A stretch of 63,971 nucleotides of DNA, the filler included, from Octopus bimaculoides (Eukaryota), in NCBI RefSeq assembly GCF_001194135.2. It is 6 parts of 5 records of this genome, joined end to end, with 100 filler letters (N's around TTAATTAATTAA, not from the genome) between each part and the next. Parts side by side here need not be neighbours in the genome. Positions count along the whole stretch, not along the records: positions 1 to 28,032 come from NC_068992.1; 5 more parts are not named here. One strand, given 5' to 3'. The first letter of the stretch is position 1; each line of letters opens with the position of its first letter. The notes under the pieces are model-generated. The model was not told where the DNA came from. It ran no database searches and saw only the letters and a program-made list of their open reading frames with translations. Shown here one piece after another: positions 1 to 13,405 of this stretch. The position numbers and the translations under genes are program-made.

Positions 1-377
1 TATATATATATATATATATATATATATTCATTCATATATATGCACACTCATATGCACACTCACATGCACACACGCACAGGAACACATACACACACACTTG
101 TATATATCTGATAATTTGAAAGCTGTCAATTTTCCTCTTTTCTTATAAGTGTTTGACAATAGTTTATATAGACAAACAAATGAAGTGATAATGAAGGAAT
201 TTTAATATCAATATTTATATAATAAATGACACCCACAATTAGTTATGCTATAATATTAACAAATTCGTTTAACATCTGTCAACATTGTCATTAACTCATA
301 CAACGAGAAGGAGTTTCATTGCGATTCACATCTATTGTCTAGAAGAACAATTTCGCCAATGATATCGCATGCGATCG

Positions 378-380
378 TGA

Positions 381-412
<32 letters not shown>

Positions 413-660
413 TTAGTGGTGCTGCTGGTGGTCTTGGTGGTGGTGATGGTGGTGGTAGTGGCCCTGGTGTCGGCGGCAGCGGCCGCAGTGGTAATGGTGG
501 TGAAGTTGTTGGTGGTGGTGGTTGTGATGGTGATGATGAAGATGACGACGAAGACGACGATGATGACGATATGATGATGATGATGAGGAAGAAGAGGAAG
601 AGAGGAATAGGCAGGAGGTGGAGAGGCGAGGAGGTAGAGGAGAAAGACAACAGCAACAAT
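378..660. repeat. Compound trinucleotide microsatellite (GAT/GGT/GAC/GAG)
   Basis: Visible runs of GAT, GGT and GAC. They account for the poly-M/V/T/S ORFs at 316-711. Confidence 0.9.
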
Positions 661-1438
661 AATGGTATCGCTGATCTTGTTGGTGACACTCATGGCAATA
701 ACGTTGATCATTTTAATAGATTTGATGAGGATAAGACAGATGAGGATTAATGTGATGGTGAATGTGATATTAATGCTAACGAGAATAATTATTATTGGGA
801 TGGCATGAAAATATTTTATATCCTTCTGTTGTCTTTCTCCTCGGATGTAGTTTTAACCCTATTCATAGCGATACACCACTGCATCGAATCTACGGATTTC
901 ACTAAAACCCGAATAAATTGAATAGATTTTACGCAACCAATTGGCAATTTGATTGTTTTTCTATGTCAAAACGGATGAATAATCGCTTATAGGATATACA
1001 GTGGATAGCACCATCTCCTATATATATAGACGAGGATCCATTGCATGGAAACGATCCCAGCGACTGTGAAAATAGAAGGAAGCTGAACTGTTACGCATTC
1101 TGGTAATGAACAAAACTCTGTAAAACACAGAGGTCGTATAAATTCAGAGAAATTCACACACACTGCAGCTTAAAAGTGACACATTCGCAACTACTTCTTC
1201 TTTCTATTTTAGGAAGCCATGCAGACATATACAGAGGGCAAATCATTTGATGTGGAAATAATATTTATACTACTTGGCAATCTCGTCCTCATTGAGATTA
1301 TGTTTTAGATAAATTGCAGCATTATAAACATATATACATGCTGTAGAAAGGGGTCTGTAGCAAAATCACTCTCGTACGTCCACTCCTTTACACGCACACA
1401 ACAACACTTTTCACAACATCGAGGAGTGCACATTATTA

Positions 1439-1675
1439 AACTGCCCCATCAGGGACCCCAAAATGTACCAGAGGACCTATGTTGTATACGGGGTCAGCTG
1501 CAGCAAATGTGGTGCACCCTACATAGGAAGCACAACAAGAAAACCTCTATGAAAATGCCAGACCCGAGCGTTCACAGGGCACATCAGGACAATACAGCTC
1601 AACAGAGGCAACCTTAGAACCTCCGAAGCAATATTAATACACAAACGGAATATGACTATCAACTACAGAAGCGAG
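1439..1675 (+). mobile_element. Penelope-like element (PLE) GIY-YIG endonuclease 3' fragment, decayed
   Basis: The frame from 1439 reads NCPIRDPKMYQRTYVVYGVSCSKCGAPYIGSTTRKPL*...LRTSEAILIHKRNMTINYRSE. This fits the VVY-x-C-xx-C-xxx-YIG-x-T-x-R motif and the C-terminal EAIxI...LNxRxE pattern of PLE endonucleases. One in-frame stop. A hammerhead motif follows ~95 bp downstream. Confidence 0.75.
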
Positions 1676-1768
1676 TCACATGAAAATAGCTGGTTTCTAT
1701 CACAACAACCTTCTGCGCATGTACACTCCTTACATACTCACACACATATACATCTGCAACATTCGCTA

Positions 1769-1806
1769 ATTCCTGAAGAGGGGGTCATAACCCTGAAATA
1801 TTGAAT
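1769..1806 (+). ncRNA. Minimal type I hammerhead ribozyme motif in the PLE 3' (pLTR) region
   Basis: Stem I AUUC(1769-1772)/GAAU(1803-1806). Core CUGAAGA 1773-1779. Stem II GGGG/CCCU. GAAA 1795-1798. Palindromic stem III AUAU. Predicted cleavage after U1802. Confidence 0.65.
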
Positions 1807-1928
1807 GCAGCGTAAGTCGCCATTAATTCACTTACCTATTTTCTTGTAATTTACCTTGGATTTATTCCGACGAACTTATCCACGAATTGTATATAATATA
1901 TTCCACGCAACGCTTCATGCTAATTATT

Positions 1929-1930
<2 letters not shown>

Positions 1931-2001
<71 letters not shown>
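1931..2001. repeat. (TA)n microsatellite
   Basis: Perfect TA run. Representative of dozens of (TA)n, (CA)n, (GA)n and (GATA)n arrays across the window. Confidence 0.95.
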
Positions 2002-2009
<8 letters not shown>

Positions 2010-3020
2010 AATACACAAGCACACACAGGTACATACACACGCACACACATATATATGCATATTCATATATATGTCTATGTACGTATGTATTTATGTATGT
2101 ATGTATATAATTATACGCCACTATCAACGACTCTAAAAGACGGAATTACATAGCTTTTGGCGCAATATTTCTTGACATCAATATTTAAGTCACTTTTGTT
2201 TTAACAATATTTTTTTGATGATTACAGTTGCTTGTTATAATTACCTTCACCTACCATAGAAAGTAGAAGGGAGATTTCAAACTTCGTTATGAATTGAAAC
2301 AACCTAATAAATTAACATGTATTTATTTTTTGGTTTTTTGGTGAAATAAATATTTTTTACACCTGCCTGGAAATGCTTAGAATATAATGCAAATAACAAG
2401 TGTATCGTACACATTTATCTGTAAAGAGGAAATTATGAATGACATTATGCGATGAGTTATATTTAATACACAAATACGACACTTTAACGTTGGTTGACCA
2501 TGGATTAATTATCAAGGCATCATCGTATATACATCACAGTATGCAACAGTGCCTCAAACCAAATTATATGGAAAAACATTAATTTTTAACCCTAACATTC
2601 TATATCGAATACACACATAATAATTTAGATATGGAAGAGGTATCGATGGCAAAATAAAAAAGCTGAAATACATGCGATACACTAGAGGGGGAAAACGCAT
2701 TCATTGTTACAGGATATTCAGTCCGTAAACTGCAATTTTATCACTTAGAATATTATTTCATTGATCATCGATTTCATACTACCTAGCGCAAGAAGAATAG
2801 GCCACATCAACTGCTTCATGACGAAGACTAGGCCGAAACATTTTGGAAAAACTGATAAACTTTAGGGACATTATACAAATTTAGTTATAAAGTACTAGCA
2901 TAGAAATATTAAGACAAATTCTATGAAAGACTTTAAGCATTACAATTAAAATACTCATTTACTCGTGCTCTCGTGTGTATAACATATGTTACTGAAAATA
3001 TATTAGATAGATAGACAGAT

Positions 3021-3063
<43 letters not shown>

Positions 3064-5841
3064 GGGAATCGAAACACAGTTCTCGTAATCGCGAATGCAA
3101 TACTCTAATCACTAAGCCAAATGCCCACACATACACACACGCGCGCGCGCATATATAATTATATTATTTAATGTAGACAGTATACAGTTACAAGCTACTG
3201 ATAATTCCATGCATTGGAGATAAGCCAGTTGTTCCGTCAATTGCTTGGTTGTTCCAAGTTTTATATAGGCGTGATGCTATCACTCATTTGCAAGCAATCT
3301 TTTGACTACTGGGCTATACGTATGTTATGTATATACAAATACATATGGATATACATATACATACACGTATTTTGGGAGTTGCTCAACATAGGATTTGCAT
3401 TATTGATGGAATGAGTAAATGATTAGAGTGTCGAATAAAATGCATTGAGTTATTAAGTTATAGATATCTGTGTTCATAAATTAGCTGATCTTTTCATTCT
3501 CCTCAGCACAATAATGTATCTGTTAAATAACAGAATCATCATTCGTTTTCGCTGCCGTTGTGTGCTGTACATGTATTTCATCCTGGTCTATAGCAATTCT
3601 AAAGCATTCTTCAAGTAAATTTTATCAGACCCTCTATTATTCGGTTCATATTTTCATTAACATTTGTAGATTTTAATGTTATCTCGCTAGCTGTTTACGA
3701 ATAGCAAAGAAAATTATCACCTGCATTCTACTTCAATTATTCGGTAAATAGTATTTGAATTCTATGCTTAAAACAATTTGAATCACAATAGAGGAAATCA
3801 CGTTTACCAACTTTTAGAGAAAGAACATATATAGTGAATTCATTTTTATAATACACATAGTTCTATTTTGTTCAAATTCCACCTGGTTTAACTCAATTTT
3901 ACATCACACTGTGCGAGATTAAATAGCTATCAGCGGTTTACAGTACTGACCTTTGACTGTATTAGAAATTATGATGTAAAATATTCATGAAATACGGCAT
4001 TTGTTTATTTGCCGGACGGCTATTATTTTCTTTCGCTTCGTTTTTCTCTTTTTTGTTATTTCTTTATATTTCTAAATCTCTTCATCATCGAAATTTTCAT
4101 TTTTCAGACCGTAAGTGCGTTGTTTTACATATTATAATTAACTATGTTAAGATCAGATATCTATAGATCACTGTAAAGTATTCTACTGCGATGTTGTTCT
4201 TTGTTTTCGTATACATATCTCATAGATTAACTCAGTCATTTTCTTTTACACGTAAGCTTTGACTTTCAAATATTTACTATTCTTTCCCGGAATACACGAA
4301 ACCTTCTTTTAGAAATGTATTTCTGTATAAATAAATCTTATAATATCATAACATTTCCGTGTCTTCTGGACGATTTCATTTTCCTTTTAAATATTAGATT
4401 AGATATCATATAAATTCAGTTACAAGTATAAATACTTTTATTTCTTTTTCTGACTTCATTTAAAAGATATTTGCTTTGTTTTTCATTCGTATCGTAAGTA
4501 TTTACCCTGTTTTATATGTTCTTTCGCATAGATAGAACTCGATTCCTTGAGAAAAGTCATTTACAAGTCATGTTCGTTTATATATATTAACAAGAGTAGC
4601 CTAGTATTTGGACTTAATTACATTTATTCATAACATTCCTCAAAACAACTCTGCTTTTAAAAAAGACAGAGAACTAGCGAGTCACCTAGTCATTTTAGAG
4701 ACCTCATCATTGTACATTGGTTACATTTTAAGCCGTCAGCACTCAGCTTACTCTGTCAAATGTTATGTTTATTTATTCGTATTGTTTGAATTGATCATAC
4801 GTTATTTCATAGCTTCGAGATATTTTGAGAGCTTTATGACTGTTTAGTTTTAGAATTACATTGTAAGAGCTGTGTTTGACAAGATTTGACTGGTTTGAGT
4901 ATACAACTGACAGAATATTGGGGCCGGAAATGGCATGCTCATATGCGAAAGGGTTAAAAGCATATCTTCACTTTCATGGCTATTAATATCTGTAAACTTG
5001 CTTCGAAATTCATACTAACTTATATAATCATGTTCTGAACATCACATATGTTTACGCGTACATTTTATGGCTGATCGTGATGCGTAAGCAGGTTATGGCG
5101 TTTTCACTTCACGTTATGTGATGCATCTTAAAATGCTCACTTGTGTTATAAACATCCTAACGCAGAGAATAAGCCTTGAGAATTGTCTATGTAGTTAGTT
5201 AGTTTATTTACGTAGCCTAATTTCGCAGTTTGTAAACAAAAAAATGGCCGATAGTATAAGTACCAGATTTTTAAAAAGTAAATTACTGGACACAATTTTT
5301 CGACGGAACCTTTCAAGGTACCTCAGTATGGCCGAAGTGCAATGACTAAAACAAGTAAACTGTATCTGATAAAAGACATATTTCATGTTATTAGTTAAAC
5401 ATTACTTTCATTGATTTCTTATCTGTCGCCCCCATCCTCCGTAATTTTTAACATTCTCTTTCCCACTGTAGTATATATTTTCACAGACATCTTTTCTCTA
5501 AATGTTTAGTAACTGTTTTATAACTATAATTTTTTACGGTCTATATGTAATATTTTCTGTTAGACTTGTATTTATTTCTATATTGCCTTTGTACGTTTTA
5601 TTTAAAACATCAACGGTGAATTGATTTTCATATTTCAAAATGTGTCTGATGAAATTATTTCCACATCAAATTCAGCTAAATTAATTTAATAACTACAATT
5701 AATTAATTGATTTCTATAGAGTTCACAATACTGTAGCGTTAGTCATTTACTCTGTGGAACAGAGCAAATGAAATAGGTCGAAAATTTTCTGATTGTTTTG
5801 TATTTTCCATGTGCATGTGTGTGTGTGTATGTGTTTGTATG

Positions 5842-5903
<62 letters not shown>

Positions 5904-6503
5904 TGTGTCTGTGTCTGTGTGTCTGTGTCTGTGTTCCTGTCTGTTTCTCTCTCTGACTGTGTGAGTGTGTGTGTGTGTTTATACCTGTGTGTACTTGCGT
6001 ATGTAAATGTGTACGTATAATATAATATACTGACACGCGTTTATATCTTTAAATGATATATACACGTGTCAGAGGATACATACGGAGAGGAAAAATACAA
6101 ACACGGATGAAGCCATTTCATCATCCGGCTTTCATTTAAAATCACTAAGATGTCGACGATTGTAACAAAAAATTGATATCCGTCATTAGGAATGCGACAG
6201 GGTACGCACAGGCAAAGACAAGTCTTGGGAGCAAAAACGCACGGGACATTAAAACGTGGAGAAATAAGAATGACAACGAAAAGCAAGAACAAGAAAATAT
6301 GGAATATAAGCAAAGGAAAAATGAACACGGAATATAATAATTAGAAAACAGAATATTTGTTTAGCAGATGCAACTGTTGAATATCAGCAGGAGCATATGC
6401 TATGAAAGGTGAAAGAGAGAGAGGAGGGGTGCAAGATAGAACGAGAGACAGGTAGTGAGGGAAAAGTATAAGGCAAGAAACGTAAGATATAGCGAGAGAA
6501 AAT

Positions 6504-6541
<38 letters not shown>

Positions 6542-6600
6542 ACCACATAGATTCATTTTGACAACTCTTCTTTATAACTACATGTCTCCAATAATATTTT

Positions 6601-6809
6601 CTACTCTAGGCACAAGGCCCGAACATTTTGGGAGAGGGGGCCAGTCGATTACATCAACCCCAGTACGCAACTGGTACTTAAATTATCGACACCGAAACAA
6701 TGAAGGCCAAAGTCAGCCTCGGCGGAATTTGAACACAGACGTAAAGACATGCGAAATAATGCTAAGCATTTCGCCCGGCGTGCTAACGTTTCTGCCAGCT
6801 CGTCGCCTT
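6601..6809 (-). mobile_element. tRNA-derived SINE, family B
   Basis: The reverse complement begins AAGGCGACGAGCTGGCAGAAACGTTAGCACGCCGGGCG and contains GTTCAAATTCCGCCGAGG (B-box-like). Homologous to 48703-48918 and 20152-20338. Confidence 0.85.
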
Positions 6810-6820
6810 TAGATCACCCT

Positions 6821-6863
<43 letters not shown>

Positions 6864-7175
6864 GCGCCATTTAAAGGCATTTCTGTGTTCATATGCATTT
6901 GCCTAGACACACTTTTGTTTCTATATAGTCTCCGTGTTGCTAATGTATCACACTTCACTCTATCTCGAAGGCATTTCAACTGTCCTGTTTGATGCATATA
7001 ATTTTCTATATATGTGTGTGTTTGTCCCAAATTATATGTACTCATATATGAATATATATATATCGATATGTCTGAATACTGTATGCGTTTGAATATGAAT
7101 ATACGTGTGTGGGTGTATATATCTGCACATGTAAGCGCATGGTCGTACAAAAGTGCAATATATATATGCATTCAT

Positions 7176-7267
<92 letters not shown>

Positions 7268-8425
7268 GTATNNNNNNNNNNNNNNNNNNNNNNNNNNNNN
7301 NNNNNNNNNNNNNNNNNNNNNNNNNNNNNNNNNNNNNNNNNNNNNNNNNNNNNNNNNNNNNNNNNNNNNNNNNNNNNNNNNNNNNNNNNNNNNNNNNNNN
7401 NNNNNNNNNNNNNNNNNNNNNNNNNNNNNNNNNNNNNNNNNNNNNNNNNNNNNNNNNNNNNNNNNNNNNNNNNNNNNNNNNNNNATATATATATATATAT
7501 ATAGTTATAAATACATAGATATGTGCGTATATATGTGTGTGTGTGTGCGTGTGCTTGCATATGCGTACGCGTGTGAATGTTTCAAATATCTTTAGCTTTT
7601 CGCGTAATACCCTTTGTTGCAATTCTATCGGTATACATCTCGGCATTTCTCTATATCACATCCGTGCATATTAAATTAAGTTAGGCTCTATTCTTTAAGG
7701 TAACGTTAGCATTAACGATTCTGCTTCATTTCGCCTTCATGTAATCTCTGTATATTAGTTTTCCATTATGTTATTTACAGTGGTGCAAACGCGATACGTA
7801 ATATGATAGAATACTTAGATGATACGTTATTAGAACTGCCAAAGGGATCGTTCAATGCTTTTGAAAAGAAACGAAAGGGCAGTGTTTATGTCTTTGATTT
7901 AGAAAGGACAAAATGTTATACCTGAGCGGTAAACAACCAGGAATTCGATTTCGTATTGAATACATTCATTAACAAGCGGGGATTATCCGATTCAACTCCA
8001 ATAATTCAATTCCATCATTAAATGAATGGCATGCAAAAATCTCTGAATGATCTGACAGAAATTTCTGAATTAATGTTTCCTTTTTAATGGACAGCTGTCC
8101 ATTGTCCCTTCCACTGAGCGATATCTTGCTATAGTGTACGATCGCTTTGTCACATCCCTAGAACCTTTGTAAAACTGCAAGAAATAGGTTTTATAGAGAT
8201 GCAATACACACATAACACAAACACAAACACATACACAAACACACATACACGCGCAAATGCACATAAACACAGAGACACACATACAGAAAAACACACGCAC
8301 ACACACACACACACACATATGTTTATATAAGTATATGAGCGGATATTTACACAAATATATGCATGTGCACAACTATATCAGCACACATAGATATGCATAT
8401 ATATACAAATGCATATATTCATCTC

Positions 8426-8506
<81 letters not shown>

Positions 8507-8574
8507 NNNNNNNNNNGGATATACATATACATAGATATGCATATATGTGTACGTATATAGGTATATACATATAC

Positions 8575-8605
<31 letters not shown>

Positions 8606-8681
8606 CAGAGAATTACAGATATATATCTATATACCACACCACGCAAAACTCACAGTACATACACAAACACACACACACGCG

Positions 8682-8725
<44 letters not shown>

Positions 8726-9329
8726 NNNNNNNNNNNNNNNNNNNNNNNNNNNNNNNNNNNNNNNNNNNNNNNNNNNNNNNNNNNNNNNNNNNNNNNNNNN
8801 NNNNNNNNNNNNNNNNNNNNNNNNNNNNNNNNNNNNNNNNNNNNNNNNNNNNNNNNNNNNNNNNNNNNNNNNNNNNNNNNNNNNNNNNNNNNNNNNNNNN
8901 NNNNNNNNNNNNNNNNNNNNNNNNNNNNNNNNNNNNNNNNNNNNNNNNNNNNNNNNNNNNNNNNNNNNNNNNNNNNNNNNNNNNNNNNNNNNNNNNNNNN
9001 NNNNNNNNNNNNNNNNNNNNNNNNNNNNNNNNNNNNNNNNNNNNNNNNNNNNNNNNNNNNNNNNNNNNNNNNNNNNNNNNNNNNNNNNNNNNNNNNNNNN
9101 NNNNNNNNNNNNNNNNNNNNNNNNNNNNNNNNNNNNNNNNNNNNNNNNNNNNNNNNNNNNNNNNNNNNNNNNNNNNNNNNNNNNNNNNNNNNNNNNNNNN
9201 NNNNNNNNNNNNNNNNNNNNNNNNNNNNNNNNNNNNNNNNNNNNNNNNNNNNNNNNNNNNNNNNNNNNNNNNNNNNNNNNNNNNNNNNNNNNNNNNNNNN
9301 NNNNNNNNNNNNNNNNNNNNNNNNNNNNT

Positions 9330-10057
9330 ATTATTAATAAATTCATAAACTTATCGATAATATTCCCAGGAAATCAATATTTAATATTTCGAAAGATATA
9401 TATCCAATATGACATGGTAATATAATAAATTTAAAATTTAAAATATACGAAATATAAATATAAATATGTATAAAAATATGAATGTAGATAAAGATTCATG
9501 TGAATATAAATGCGTATAAAAATGTATGCGTAATTAAGCATGAATATTATAAAGTCCAAAATTTATTGGAAGGACAGTATACACTTTATTATTTTTTTAT
9601 TTTTTAATATTTTTAATCTTTTAATTAATATTACATATTCCATTGGTTCTTAATTCATCACCGAAGAGCGGAATTACCGATAGTATGCTGATCTTTTGAT
9701 CACATTGTGATTATATTAATACCCACGAAACGATCGTCAGACGTTTAATTTTTTAAATTGTAGGTTTCTTTTTAAATTTTAGACTTTATAGATGTTTAAT
9801 TTTTTAAATTTTAGGTTTTTTTATATTTTAGACTTTATAATATTCATGCTTAATTACGCATAAATTTTTATACGCATTTATATTCACATGAATCTTTATC
9901 TACATTCATATTTTTATACATATTTATATTTATATTTCGTATATTTTAAATTTTAAATTTATTACATTACCATGTCATATTGGATGTATATCTTTCGAAA
10001 TATTAAATATTGATTTCCTGGGAATATTATTGATACTTTTATGAATTTATTAATAAT
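9330..10057. repeat. Long inverted repeat (arms ~232 bp: 9330-9561 and 9826-10057), foldback/PLE-type
   Basis: The right arm is a near-perfect reverse complement of the left, with few mismatches (for example GGAAATCAATATTTAATATTTCGAAAGATA versus TATCTTTCGAAATATTAAATATTGATTTCC). The left arm abuts an N-gap. Confidence 0.85.
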
Positions 10058-10155
10058 ATAAAAACACATATATATATATATTTATTTGCTCAAAATAATA
10101 GAGCACTCAATATAAGTTCAGTTACATATTCTTTTAGAATATTCCTTATAAAAGT

Positions 10156-10193
<38 letters not shown>

Positions 10194-10266
10194 CGGATAT
10201 TTACACCAATATATACATATACGCAACTGTATAACTATGCAGACATGTAGACGAACACACACATAC

Positions 10267-10312
<46 letters not shown>

Positions 10313-10362
10313 GTGCGTGCGTGCGTGCGTGTGTGCGTGCGTGTGTGCGTGTATGTAAGTGT

Positions 10363-10394
<32 letters not shown>

Positions 10395-10409
10395 TTGATG
10401 GTTGAATAA

Positions 10410-10560
10410 CTTCATGTACAAGCGTCAACTATTTTTGACGATAAAGAAGGAATCTGCTGCGGACATGTTTCAAGAGTGTTTGCTTTACAAAATGCTTCTA
10501 GACGATAATTTACAACTTTCCTCCTAAATTCAATGATGCACTCAAATACGAAGGATTTTT
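10410..10560 (-). mobile_element. Possible mariner transposase C-terminal remnant
   Basis: The minus strand reads YLSASLNLGGKL*...[28 protein letters not shown], loosely matching the mariner tail LFRSLxNxLxGxKF...FYxxGIxxLxxRWxxVI. Very decayed. Confidence 0.35.
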
Positions 10561-10746
10561 TCTTCATCCACTTCATTTGCACTGAGAAATTCTATAAACT
10601 GATTTGACGTAGTCATTTATGCATATAAGTATTACGTATATGTGTATGTATATATGTATGTATGTATGCATGCATGCATGTATGTATGGAATTTAAAGTT
10701 GTGTCGTATGCATGAATAAACACATACACACATAGAGATATACACA

Positions 10747-10778
<32 letters not shown>

Positions 10779-11423
10779 NNNNNNNNNNNNNNNNNNNNNN
10801 NNNNNNNNNNNNNNNNNNNNNNNNNNNNNNNNNNNNNNNNNNNNNNNNNNNNNNNNNNNNNNNNNNNNNNNNNNNNNNNNNNNNNNNNNNNNNNNNNNNN
10901 NNNNNNNNNNNNNNNNNNNNNNNNNNNNNNNNNNNNNNNNNNNNNNNNNNNNNNNNNNNNNNNNNNNNNNNNNNNNNNNNNNNNNNNNNNNNNNNNNNNN
11001 NNNNNNNNNNNNNNNNNNNNNNNNNNNNNNNNNNNNNNNNNNNNNNNNNNNNNNNNNNNNNNNNNNNNNNNNNNNNNNNNNNNNNNNNNNNNNNNNNNNN
11101 NNNNNNNNNNNNNNNNNNNNNNNNNNNNNNNNNNNNNNNNNNNNNNNNNNNNNNNNNNNNNNNNNNNNNNNNNNNNNNNNNNNNNNNNNNNNNNNNNNNN
11201 NNNNNNNNNNNNNNNNNNNNNNNNNNNNNNNNNNNNNNNNNNNNNNNNNNNNNNNNNNNNNNNNNNNNNNNNNNNNNNNNNNNNNNNNNNNNNNNNNNNN
11301 NNNNNNNNNNNNNNNNNNNNNNNNNTCTGATCAAAACAATGCCTCGGGCATTTCTTCAGCGATGATAGAGATACTAGGTAACTAGGAAGAATCAATCACG
11401 ATTTCTACATACATGTATATATA

Positions 11424-11611
11424 TAGAGAGAGAGAGAGGGAGAGAGAGAGAGGGATAGAGAGAGGGAGAGAGAGAGGAAGAGAGAGAGGAATAGAGAGAG
11501 GGAGAGAGAGAGGAAGAGAGAGAGAGGAAGAGAGAGAGAGAGGAAGAGAGAGAGAGAGGGAGAGAGAGAGGAAGAGAGATAGGGAGAGAGAGAGGGAGAG
11601 AGAGAGAGAGA
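11424..11611. repeat. Degenerate (GA)n homopurine tract
   Basis: About 190 bp of essentially pure A/G. Confidence 0.9.
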
Positions 11612-12869
11612 AAATATATACAGGGTAGGAAACTTATAGAAATTGTCTACCAGTGGCCTAGCATTCATGTATTACATAATACAACGTGGAAAAATTAATT
11701 TTAATTTTAATTTCTAATGTATTAATCAATATTTGCAATATGTACTTTGAATCCGCTCTTCGATTTAAGGTTGTCCTCTATTTTTATAATTGGATGAATT
11801 TATATTGAATTCATTCATTTGTTTATTTTGTTCTTTGCATGCTTAAGACCGTTAATTGAAAGGACCAATGAAAACAAATCCATTTTTAAAGGTGTATACT
11901 TTAATTAGTTTTGATCATATCGTTATTTCTGTTCTATTTTAACTAAATTGTTCAACGAACGGGAACGTGAAACTCAGAGTAACAGCTTTTGTTATATTTC
12001 TGCTGCTTTTAAATAACGCATATTACTCTACTTCTGGTATCTGAGTATTCTTTTTTCCACCTTGTTTCGCATTTATGTGCTTACTCCGGTATATATATAT
12101 ATATATATNNNNNNNNNNNNNNNNNNNNNNNNNNNNNNNNNNNNNNNNNNNNNNNNNNNNNNNNNNNNNNNNNNNNNNNNNNNNNNNNNNNNNNNNNNNN
12201 NNNNNNNNNNNNNNNNNNNNNNNNNNNNNNNNNNNNNNNNNNNNNNNNNNNNNNNNNNNNNNNNNNNNNNNNNNNNCGGTAACTTGATAGTCATGTAGTT
12301 TGAGAATACGCAATGTGACCTTAGTCAAAGTATAGAAGAGAAACTTCTGCCTTTACGATGGTGATTAAGAATAGAATTCTTCTATTTGTTCGTCAATAGA
12401 TTCCAGGTGAACACAACGCATTTCTACTGATTCTGAAAGAATTAGATATTGGGATCTAGTTAAATCGATTTTTAATATCTAATTCCAGCTTTCCCGCCAA
12501 TCTCAATGGAGATTCCGAAAGTCAGAACCCCAAATATATATAAGCAAATATTAATAACATTTCACAGAGGCTAAAATAATATATTCTCCAAATGCAAACA
12601 GTAGATTATCAATAATATAGTGCACTCGATTCAGAAAAGATTGCTTACCTCGAATTACCCTTCGCAACATGCATGTAAGTGGACCGTATACTGTCAACAA
12701 TATAATCCATTTGCCTTATTAATCTTTTCCTTATTCATTATTTTGGCAGTACCGAAAATGAATTAGCAAATCTTGAGTCTTAGTTGAGTTCAGCAAAGAC
12801 AAAACTGAAGCATCGTTTCTGAGTCAGCTATGGCCGGAACTGTCCACCTCTCTGTATTGACCCCAATGT

Positions 12870-13380
12870 CGTGGAGTTTGTCATCTCTTTCATATAGTGG
12901 GCTCCGTCACTGGAGACCTGATTCAAGAGATCAACCGCTGTTAGAGCCTCGCTGTCAGGGTCATGTACTCCATATAGAAGCCTTTTTAGCGCCATGCTCT
13001 ATCTCCCGGAAGACAAAGTTCTGCATTTACAACGTTCTTCTCTATTGAGACGACGATGACAAAGAGGATCGATGATTTAGATAGCAGAGCCCTAAGAACC
13101 AATGTGTAAGCACATTTCCAGCGAAGAACTGTGTGCAAACATAGATCAACCAGCACAATCCCACTTCATTGTTATCCCGTCAGGAGTTTGCTCGCATTCG
13201 TTGATACGGACGTGTCCTCCACCTCCCTACCAGGATTTTCTCACATTCGTTGAACAAGCTGCAGACTGGAAGAGACCTTATAGCAGGCGACGCACCAGAT
13301 GGATGGGCGTGATTAAGGAAAATCGCCAAAGGCACGACGTCAGCTTGGAAGATACAGAATGGCAGGCATGGGACGGCAAA
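12870..13380 (+). mobile_element. RTE-clade LINE, 3' part of the RT ORF, decayed
   Basis: Across frameshifts it reads GDLIQEINR...ISRKTKFCIYNVLLY...MTKRIDDLDSRALRT...ISSEELCANIDQP...RIR*YGRVLHLP...WKRPYSRRRTRWMGVIKE. This follows the RTE C-terminal motif series (EINRR, TKxRIYN, NEEL, RLRWYGHV, KRPxGRPRTRW). Confidence 0.75.
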
Positions 13381-13405
13381 TTTCCTCTCAGTCTTCAAGC
13401 CTCTC

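Noticed and set aside
2810-2850. ATGACGAAGACTAGGCCGAAACATT, hammerhead-like
   Set aside because: C3 is missing, stem II is weak and stems I and III do not close. At best a heavily decayed relic.
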